Below are positions 33,570 through 43,585 of a DNA stretch of 64,000 nt, one piece after another. The notes below the pieces were generated by a model that made no database searches, was not told where the DNA came from, and was given only the letters and a program-made list of their open reading frames with translations. The translations under genes and the position numbers were made by a program. Source of the DNA: Rebecca billardiae RCC1528 (lineage: Eukaryota > Protista > Haptophyta). The stretch is taken from positions 806,001-870,000 of the forward strand of contig OZ251224.1 in the NCBI GenBank assembly GCA_965240325.2, given 5' to 3'. Each line of letters starts with the position of its first letter. Within the stretch, counting starts at the first letter, position 1.

Positions 33570-34551
33570 ATGGAGGACGCCGACACCGCCGCGGCCGACG
33601 GCGACGCCGATGCCGCCGGCGGCGCCGGCGGCGCCGGCGGCGCCGACGCGCGTGGCTCGCGGTTCGGCCGCGGGCCGTGGGCGGCGATTGCAAGCCGGCT
33701 GTACCACTCGCACGGGCAGCAGCACGCGGCCGTGCCCGCGCGCGCAAACGGCAGCGACAAGCGCGCGCGCCGTGCGAACGGCGCGCACACCGTCGGCGAG
33801 GGCGGCGACGGCGCGGCGCCACACCGCGCGCGCGCCTCCGAGCCCGCGCGCCCGCCGCGCCTCGCGCCGGGGCCCCTCTCACGGGGCGCGCGCTCGGCCT
33901 CGGACGACGAGGAGCTTGGGCTGGTGGGACCGGAGTGCAGCGCGGACTCGGCGTCGCTCGCGTACCTCGAGCATGGCGCGCACGCGCACTCGGCGTTCGC
34001 CTCCCACGCAGACCTCCCCGTCGCAGAGGGCGGCGACGACGCCCTGCTGATGCACATCGACGGCGACGAGGGCGACACGCTCGGCGGCGCGGCCGAGGGC
34101 ATGGGCGGCGCGGGCGGCCTGCAGGACATGGGCGTCGGAAGCGAGGGCGAGCCCGAGCGCGACGGAGGCCGGCTCCTCTCGCCGTGCGCCACGCTTGCGG
34201 GCTCGTTTGAGCGCATCCACGTCTCGCCCGAGGCGGGCATGCGCCGGCGCAACAGCGATGGCAACATGCGCGCGCGATTTGTCGTGAGCGAGCGCAGACG
34301 GTGCGCGCGGGGCGCACTTCGGCCAGCAGGCGGGCGCGGACGTCGAGTCGTGGACGGGCCCATCGCGCGTCAGTGTCGACACGCAAGGCAGCCGCGGCGT
34401 GTCGGCGTCCAACCTCGCGCTCCTCGACGCGCAGCTTGGGCTCGTGCGCTCGGCGTCCGACCTCGCGCAACGCATGTCGGGCGGCGCAAACAACGACGAG
34501 GCCTCAGGCGATGGCGGTGACATCATGGTGCGCTTCCCCGCGCTCGTCTGA
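33570..34551 (+). CDS. Hypothetical low-complexity protein. Possible intron 34301-34373; 3' structure uncertain
   Basis: Coding-like acidic/Gly-rich ORF from ATG 33570. A GTGCGC..TCAG intron would join it in phase to VDTQGSRG...MVRFPALV*. No family motif recognised. Confidence 0.4.
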
Positions 34552-34907
34552 CCGCATCGTGGCGACGCGCAGGCGACCTACGGCATGCGGCTGCGCACGC
34601 ACCGTCACACAATCCTGATCATCGTCACGTCGTCGAGCGCCGCCATCTGCGCATCTCCACGGCCGACCGTTCGCTGGAAGCCTGGCACCAAGATCTATTC
34701 TTAGATCTGGTCCATCCTCATGAAGATCGACCGACCAGGCGACCACTCCGACTCTGAACTCCGGCCTGGCAAGACTGAAAGTTCCACCTTCATCAATCTC
34801 GCGGACTTGTCGGATCAAACGGACGTTCCCGACGCAAGCTGACGCAACGCAATCGCGCCAGCCGCCAACGGAACGACGATCGGCAGTCGGCACCGCCAAC
34901 TCGCAGC

Positions 34908-37900
34908 ATGCTCTCGCTCCTCCTCGCGCTCGCCGTCGCGGCGGGCAAGGACAACCTCAACGGCCAGGCCGAGGTGACCGGGTACATCGTGAGCTTTGGC
35001 AAGGGCAAGCCCGGCGGCGGCTCGTCGACGGCCGTCGCCACCGCTCTGAGCGCGCTGCCCGCCGGCTCTGCGAGCGTCAAGCACGAGTTCTCGAACGTGA
35101 TCGAAGGCTTCAGCGGCACGCTCACCAAGGAGGCCAAGGCGATGCTCGAGAAGATGGGCGCGACGATCGAGGAGGACCTACCCGTGTACGCCCTCGCCAA
35201 CGACGACCAGGACGAGCGGCAGCAGGGCAAGGGCAAGTACAGCGTCGGCATCCTCGAGGCGCTGCCGTGGGGCCTCGACCGCATCGACCAGACCAACCTG
35301 CCGCTCGACGGCTCGTTCGAGACGCCCGGCCTGGGCGAGGACGCGCACGTCTTTGTGGTGGACACGGGTATCAACCTGGGCCACAACGAGTGGACTGGTC
35401 GCATCGGCGACGGCTACGACTTCATCGACAACGACGACGACCCGACGGACTGCGGCGGTGGGTTGCGCTCGAGCTGCACGCGCATGCACGCTCGCGCCCG
35501 CACCGCGGCGGCACGCATTGACCATCCCCGCCTCCCGCGTGCCCTACCCGCGCGCGAACGCAGGCCACGGCACGCACTGCGCGGGCACCGTGCTCGGCAC
35601 GCACTACGGTGTGGCGAAGGGCGCGACGCTGCACGGCGTGCGCGTGCTCGGCTGCTCCGGCTCCGGCTCGACCTCGGGAATCATCGCCGCGCTCGAGTGG
35701 GTGGCGGAGCGCGAGGAGTCCATCAAGATCGTGTCGATGTCGCTCGGCGGCGGCTTCTCCAGCACCTTCAACGACGCCGTCAACAACCTCGTCAACGCGG
35801 GCGTGACCACCGTCGTCGCGGCGGGCAACGACAACGACGACGCATGCACCACGAGCCCGGCGTCCGCGCCGCTGGCGATCACCGTCGGCTCGACGACGAG
35901 CAGCGACGCGCGCTCCGGCTTCTCGAACTACGGCAGCTGCGTGGACATCTACGCGCCAGGCAGCAGCATCCTCAGCGCGTGGATCGGCGGCCCCGACGCG
36001 ACCAACACCATCTCGGGCACCTCTATGGCTTGTCCGCACGTGGCCGGCGTCGTCGCGCAGTGGGCGAGTGCGCTCGGGGCCTCCGCGACGCCGGCGCAGC
36101 TGCTCAGCTTCATCCTCGCCGAAGCCGTTCCCGACATCGTCACGGGGGTGCCCGCGCCGGAGGAGCCAAAGCTGCTCCAGGCGTACACGATGGCGCCGCC
36201 AAGCCCGCCGCCCGCGCCGCCTTCGCCGCCGCCCTCGCCACCGCCGCCCTCGCTGCCACCCTCGCCGCCCTCGCCTCCGAGCCCCCCACCGCTGCCGCCC
36301 TCGCCGCCGAGCCCGCCGCCGAGCCCGGCGTGCATCAGCGGCCACATCCGCTGCGGCACGCCGCGTACTGGCACGACGGCCGGCGCTCCAAACAACTGGG
36401 GCAACCCGTCGGGCGAGGTCTTCTTCGGGATCGACGGCTGGGGCTCGGCGCTGCGCCTCGACACGTGCGGCTCGAGCTACGACACGTACCTGCGCGTGTA
36501 CGACAAGTGCCCGGAGGTAGGCGGCGTGCAGCTCGCGGCGAACGACGACGGCAGCTGCGGGTTCGCCTCGCTCATCACGCTCGACGTGCCGCTCGACAGC
36601 GGGTACGTGGTGATGGTCGAGGGCTACTCGAGCAGCGAGGGCGCGTACACGCTCGCGATGACGGGCTGCGACAACCCGAGCCTGCCGCTGCCGCCGTCTC
36701 TGCCGCCGAACCCGCCGACGTCGCTTACGTCGCCGCCGGCCCCTCCGCCAAGCCCGCCGCCACCGTCGCCGCCCTCGCCACCGCCTGCTCCGCCGCGCCC
36801 GCCGTGCACCGTCGGCACGATCACGTGCGCAGCTCCCGCCACCGGCTCGACCGCCGGCGCGCCGAACAACTGGGGCAACCCGTCGGGCGAGCACCTGTAC
36901 GCGATCAGCGGGCACGGCACGCTGCGCCTCGACACGTGCGGCTCGAGCTACGACACGTACCTGCGCGTGTACGACAAGTGCCCCGACGAGGGCGGCGTGC
37001 AGCTCGCGGCGAACGACGACGGCAGCTGCGGTCTCGCCTCGCTCATCACGCTCGACGTGCCGCTCGACAGCGGGTACGTGGTGATGGTCGAGGGCTACTC
37101 GAGCAGCGAGGGCGCGTACACGCTTGCGATGACGGGCTGCGAGGTGCCGAGCCCGTCGCCCTCGCCGGGCCCCCTGCCGACACCCCCGCCGACACCCCCG
37201 CCGAGCCCCTCGCCGACGCCCTCGCCGATGCCCTCGCCCAGCCCCCCGCCCAGCCCGCCACCGCCCTCCTCGCCTCCGCCACTTTCGCCCTCGCCGCCCC
37301 CCTCACCACCGCCGCCGCCGCCCGAGCCGTGCGCCGTTGGCCGGCTCACGTGCGCCACGCCCGCCATCGGCTCCACAATCGGCCTGCCCAGTGTCTGGGG
37401 CGCGCCGAGCGGCGACGCGCTGTACCGGCTGTCGTTCGGCGAGGCCGGCGGCACGGCGAGGCTCACGGCCTGTGGCAGCGACTTTGACACGGTCCTGCGC
37501 GTGCTCGACGGCTGCCCGGGCGCGCCTCACGGCGCCACGGAGCTCGCGGTCAACGACGACAGCGGCGAGTGCGGCGACGCTTCCGCGCTCACGGTCGACG
37601 TGCCGCCCGGCGGCTCTGTGATTGTGCTGGTGGAGGGCTTCGTGACGAAGGAGGGGCAGTACAAGCTGACGGTGGAGGGCTGCCCCGATGAGGACGAGGG
37701 CAGGATCGCGCCGCCCTCGCCGCCGCCCTCGCCCTCGCCACCGCCCGCGCCGTGTGTCCCTGCGGGCGCGCTGCCGCTCAGCTGCGGCACGACTGTGCGC
37801 GGCGACACACGCGACGGCTCTGGGGACGCCAACTTTGGCAACCCGGCGCGCGAGCACTACTACACGATCAGCGCGCCCACCGCGACGACCGTCACCCTCG

Positions 37901-39180
37901 ACACGTGCGGCTCCGAGTACGACACCTTCCTCCGCGTGTACGACGGCTGCCCGCGCGACGCGGACGCGCAGATCGGCAGCGACGACGACAGCGGCTGCGG
38001 CGTGATGGCGCGGCTCTCGCTCGAGCTCGAGGGCGGCGTGGAGTACCTGGTGCTGCTCGAGGGCTTCGGGGCGAACCAGGGGCCGTACTCGCTCGAGATG
38101 AGCTGCGACGGCGGCGGCGAGTCATCCGTGCCCGACGATAACGGCGGCGGCGACGAGCTGCCGGGTGTCGAGCCCCCCACCGACGCGGCGCGCATCCACT
38201 GCTCACTCGGGCTCGAGGCTGACCTCGCAGACTGGGCTGACGGCGCGGCGGGTGCAGCAGACAAGCGCGCGGCGCTCGGCGCTTCGATCGCGCAGGTGGC
38301 CGAGGTCCCGACGTCGGACGTCCTCATCACGAGCGTGGTCGGCGGGAGCGTCACTGTCCACTTCGAGGTGGTGCGCGCGGACGAGGACGAGCAGATCGAC
38401 AAGGTGATCGAGAACTTGGAGACACGCGCCGCCCAGCTCGCGGCGAGCGTCGAGGCGAGCACGGGCTCAAGCGTGACCTCCGGCGTGGTCGTGCAGGAGG
38501 TGGTCCACCCGCTCCAGCCGACGCCGACGCCGACGCCGGCCAGCGGTGACGAGGCGGTGGGCGTTGTTGTCGACGGTGTCAAGGCGAATGACGACGGGGC
38601 CGGTGCGGACGGCGGCGACGACGACGACGACGACGACAACGACGACGACGACCTGGGTTCGCAGGCGCGCGTCGGCGGCGCGGCCGGAGCCGCCGACACG
38701 GCGACGGGCGGCGGCGTCGGCGGCTCGTCGCTCAGCCTCGCCGCGCTCATCGGCATTGTCACCGGCGCCGTCGGCGCGCTAGTGGTCGCGCTGTGCGCGT
38801 ACGCCGGCTGGAAGCGCTGGAAGTACGACTCGAAGCTGACCCACTCCGCCCGCGCCGTGTCCTACCAGGCCGCCGGAGACCAGGCGCTGCCGACGGCGGA
38901 CGAGTCGGCTCCGAGCGCGGCGAGGCCTGCCGCTGAGTTCCAAGAGTTCCATGCCGTCGCGCTCAACGCAGCGCCCCAGCCGTCGACGAGCGCCGCGGGG
39001 CTGTGGACGACGGTCGTGGCTACTGCTTCGTCCTGGTTCTCCCCAAGCTCGAGCCAGACGGCAGCACCGGCACGCGAGAGCGTGGCGGACGTCGACGAGC
39101 TTGGCCCTCCGCGTCGTGCGTCGCGCACGATGGCGGCGCGCCCGCCGGCCCCTGGCGCCGGCTCGGCAAACATGGCCTAA
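34908..39180 (+). CDS. Membrane-anchored subtilisin (S8A, proteinase K-like), copy 1; intron 35458-35563
   Basis: Signal peptide, I9-like propeptide, PWGLDRIDQ, VVDTG (Asp), DCGG|HGTHCAG (His; motif restored by a phase-1 intron), AAGN, GTSMACPHVAG (Ser). Then four Cys-containing PPC-like repeats with Pro linkers, SEA-like GSVTV, poly-Asp and a TM helix. Confidence 0.93.
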
Positions 39181-39691
39181 GGCGAGCATGCCCACGACTG
39201 CTGCACCTGCATGGTGCCACCGATCGGCACGCTGCTGCGCCGCTCGACCGCGCGCATGCGACGCGCTGCTTTGGGGCCTTTGTTTGACGACGTCGTCCTC
39301 GTGACGACGGCGTCCTCCTCGTCTCACAACGACGACAACTTTATGTCGTCGCGTCAACTTCGCGGCAGCATCGCGGTCCCGGATGCGTTGGGGCTTGGGC
39401 GTATCCCGCCTGTCGCCAACCGGTACGGCACGCACCCACTTCGTCTACTGTCGTGTGCGCCTCGTTATTATATACTGAGCTATAGTCAATGCTGATCGGT
39501 CGTCGTGCAGCACGTAGCCACGGTCTCTGCTACTGCCAATCTGACGATTAGTAGCGGCGGTGACGGGTGAGGTCTGGTGAGTGGTGACGGCGTCGCCGTC
39601 GGCAGTAGGCGTAGCCTATACGAACTGCATTAGCTCGGCATAGTAGTTATAGCTATATAGCTAGCTATTATATAGCTTATAAATGTGTGTG

Positions 39692-39694
<3 letters not shown>

Positions 39695-39778
<84 letters not shown>
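39695..39778. repeat. (AT)n microsatellite in the array unit (other copies ~53269-53372 and ~61949-62000)
   Basis: Direct reading; length differs between units. Confidence 0.97.
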
Positions 39779-39781
<3 letters not shown>

Positions 39782-40478
39782 TAGCCGTCCTCGGAGCGCC
39801 TGCGCCATCCAGATGCAGTGAGGAGGCGAGGCACACGCCGGGCAGGGCGGAGCCACGCGGCGAGAGACCAGACTCTATACATTGTATGGGATTTTTGTTC
39901 CTCGAAACAAAGTGCGAGCGGCAGCCAGCGCTCGGGCCGAGCGCGCGGCAGGACTGGCCGCTCAACGCCGACAGACGCGCGGTGTGAGATGGAGCAGCTT
40001 GGACGACGCAGCTCGAGAGCCGCCAAGCCGCACGACAGCGAGGCACGAAGGACATCGCGCGCAGGGCGCCTCGAAGCTGCGGGCCGCCGGAAACAGCTGC
40101 AGCCATCAGGACAGTGGGCGCTTCCGACGGGTGCTCGCTGCGAGTGAGCGGGAGGCATGCAGGCGACGGTAACGGTTGGCTCGGCGCCTGATGAAAACCC
40201 ATTCACGAATTGGCCGTCCTGACCGCCATGCCAACCATGCCTAGTTAGCCTATGGCCCAGGAGCAGCGCAGTGAGTAGGTCGTTCTAGGCCGCCGTGCGT
40301 GCACACAGAGCACGGGCTCGAAAGTCCCTTGTGGCACGAGAAGAGGGTAGTGGCCAAGATGGCAGCCGGACTTGAGCTCGGCCGCCTGGCTCAGGGTGAA
40401 TGGCAGGCAGGTGTTGATACGGCGCATTGCGCTCCCACCGTCCTCTTAGACAATCAGTTATTGTGCCAATAACCCCAC

Positions 40479-40592
<114 letters not shown>

Positions 40593-40762
40593 GATGCGCA
40601 TGATGCGCATTGATTAATGCATAGCTAATAGATGCTGTACATGCATGACTGCTGACGATCATCGTCGTCTCGACGACGTCGATCGATCTGCTTCGAAAAA
40701 TAAATAATCGAAAATGCTCGCGGCAAGGGCGTTCCCGGGATCCTGCCACACGCTCCCGGGAA

Positions 40763-40793
40763 AGCAATGCCCCCCCCTGGGGGGGGCATTGCT
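40763..40793. repeat. Perfect 15-bp-arm palindrome AGCAATG-C8-T-G8-CATTGCT (also 54339-54369 and 62933-62963)
   Basis: Direct reading. Preceded by the inverted repeat ttcccggga/tcccgggaa (40732-40762). Confidence 0.95.
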
Positions 40794-40906
40794 ACCGGAC
40801 TGGCGCGGGCCGTAATCTTAAAATGTACCTGCTTGAAATAGAGGAAGCCTATTTCAATGGGAACGCGGTTCGATTTGGCGCATGACCAATGCGGGGAACG
40901 CCCCTG

Positions 40907-41383
40907 ATGGCGGGCCGTAGGTCCGCCCCTCGGTAGTGCCCGGGGAAAAGATCAGAAAAAGAAAAGAATAAATAAAATCGCCTCGCAAAGAAAAGAAAAT
41001 CGTCTTGCTCACTACCGGGCGCCCTGTAGCTCCCACTGGGGACGCTCGGCCGAAAAAGGGGTCGGCCATGGCGCGGAGCGCATGGGCGGCGCGCGCCAAA
41101 TCCAACATCGTGAGAGGACTCCCGAGGGGGTTTTCGCCCGATTCGCGATTGCTGCCCTCGTCGTCTCGCGTGCAGGTCGAACGAGGGCCAAAGTCGACGC
41201 GTTTGGAGGTACGCTCGGCGCGTCGACACGATCGTGCGACCTGGGGCGGTCCTCGCCCGACTTGCACGTCGAGCGCTCGCACCAGCCATATCATCAAGCG
41301 CTGCGCACGATGGCCGCCTCGCGCGATGCACCGCCGCGCGTCGGGCTCGGTGCGGAAAGGCCCTCATCAGGGCGGGAAGCGCC
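40907..41383. repeat. Dispersed repeat family A, copy A1 (also 54483-54959 and 63077-63553)
   Basis: Colinear similarity to 42573-43122, from atggcgggccgtaggtccgcccc to gggcgggaagcgcc. Confidence 0.9.
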
Positions 41384-42572
41384 ATCGCGCGCGAGGCAAG
41401 ATTTGGCGCGGCCTTCTGAACACGATCGCCGGAAATCCGCGCGCACCGGACTCAGTCCTCGCTCGCGGTCCGGTCCCTCAGCCGACAAGCCCACGTCCGG
41501 CCTGCATGGCGTCGACGGTGACCAATGCGACGGAAGCGCAACGCCAACGGCGTACGACGCGCAGCGGACGCACCTCCCGGGTCTGTCGCCGTGGCAGCAA
41601 CCGTGTCTTCGCGAGTTGGCGACCCTCGTCGCAGCGCGACACAGACAAGCCCGTGATGATGCCATCCGCAGAGAGATGAAACGTCGAGCATGCAAAATCG
41701 CCGCGCCATCCTCGTCCATGGCGCAGGCGCTGCGGGACGAGGCGGAAGTCGTCACGCCGGTGACGGATGCGCTGCGATTCGTGTGCCCGCGTGAGCAGCG
41801 CTTGCCCACTCTCGATCGCGAGTGGCACACGCTGTCGCTGTGCGCGCGCGCGCGCACAACCAACAGCTCCTCGTGCCGCCGAGCACGCGAGCGCCAGACC
41901 TGTCGAAGAGGCGAAGAGCGACGACCGCGTGAACGTCAACGCGCTCGTGCTCAGCGTGGCGGCCGTGTACGACGTCAACGCGACCTGCGCCGAGCCCATC
42001 ATGCCTGGAGCGGACATCGGCAAGCATCCTCGCGACGACCGCTCTCGGCTGGCGGCAGGAGGACATGCACATGATCTACTCTGGCGGCTTCGTCGGCGGC
42101 GAGGCGCTCGATTACGCCATCGCGGTCGACATGCGGCACATACAGCGCCTACCCGCGCTCGCGCGGAGCAACGGGCTACCCGCTCCGCCCCGCGTGCTGC
42201 ACATTCCCTCGTGGGTGTGGGCCTCGCTGATGGAGTGATGCGCATACTACTAAGAGTACACGGACCGTGAGACGTGTGCACACGTCGGAGAGCCAACTTC
42301 ACGTGTCACTGGTCCTTGCACTCGACTGTCCGTCACCCACGGCCACGAGCGAATGTGGAAAGCAGACGCGAACCCGCAAAGGATACATTGCGACAGCACT
42401 GGCACGGCCCGCCGACCCCCCCGCCCGTCAGGGCACAGTTTTAATAATAATATGCTGATGATCAGGGGCGCTTCCAGTTCCGCGGTTCCGCCCGGCTTCG
42501 CCAGGACTCGGTGAAGCCTACTACGACTGTGTCACTGTGAGGACACTCGCGTGCGAATCGCGATGCGACGAA

Positions 42573-43122
42573 ATGGCGGGCCGTAGGTCCGCCCCTTGTT
42601 GGCGGGCCGTAGGTCCGCCCCTTGTAGTGCCCGGGGAAAAAAGATCATCAGAAAAAAGGTAAAATAATGGCGGGCCGTTAAAGAAAATCGCCTCGCAAAG
42701 AAATAACGAAAATCGCTTCCTCACTACCGGGCCGCCCTCGGCGCCTCGCAGCTCCCACTGGGGACGCTCGGCCGAAAAAGGGTTCCTGGATGGCGCGGAG
42801 CGCGTGCGCCAAATCCAACGCCGGCGCGGACATCGTGAGAGGACTCCCGAGGGGTTTTTTCGCCTGATTCGCGATTTCTGCCCTCGTCGTCTCGCGTGCA
42901 GGTCGAACGGGGGCCAAAGTCGACGCGTTTGGAGGTACGCTCGGCGCGTCGACACGATCGTGCGACCTGGGGCGGTCCTCGCCCGACTTGCACGTCGAGC
43001 GCTCGCACGGGCCATAGCATCAAGCGCTGCGCTCGACAACCACCTCGCGCGATCCACCGCCGCGCGTCGAGCTCGGTGCGGAAAGGCCCTCATCACGAGG
43101 TGTCTCGCGGGCGGGAAGCGCC
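42573..43122. repeat. Dispersed repeat family A, copy A2 (also 56149-56698); ends at the array junction
   Basis: Colinear with A1. Begins with a ~26-bp tandem duplication of tggcgggccgtaggtccgccccttg. Confidence 0.9.
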
Positions 43123-43585
43123 TCGTGCGCTCGGCGTCCGACCTCGCGCAACGCATGTCGGGCGGCGCAAACGACGACGAGGCCTCAGGCGATGGCGGTG
43201 ACATCATGGTGCGCTTCCCCGCGCTCGTCTGACCACATCGTGGCGACGCGCAGGCGACCTACGGCGTGCGGCTGCGCACGCACCGTCACACAATCCTGAT
43301 CATCGTCACGTCGTCGAGCGCCGCCATCTGCGCATCTCCACGGCCGACCATTCGCTGGAAGCCTGGCAGGCTGGCACCAAGATCTATTCTTAGATCTGGT
43401 CCATCCTCCGGATGAAGATCGACCGACCAGGCGACCACTCCGACTCTGAACTCCGGCCTGGCAAGAAAAGTTCCACCTTCAATCTCGCGGACTTGTCGGA
43501 TCAAACGGACGTTCCCGACGCAAGCTGACGCAACGCAATCGCGCCAGCCGCCAACGGAACGACGATCGGCACGCCAACTCGCAGC

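Noticed and set aside
34908-37487. The 859-aa and 1275-aa ORFs as separate genes or a programmed frameshift
   Set aside because: A canonical 106-bp GT-AG intron joins them and restores DCGGHGTH.
41384-42572. Possible gene between repeats A1 and A2
   Set aside because: No frame gives a recognisable domain or a consistent splice model; it may be a gene fragment but I cannot support it.
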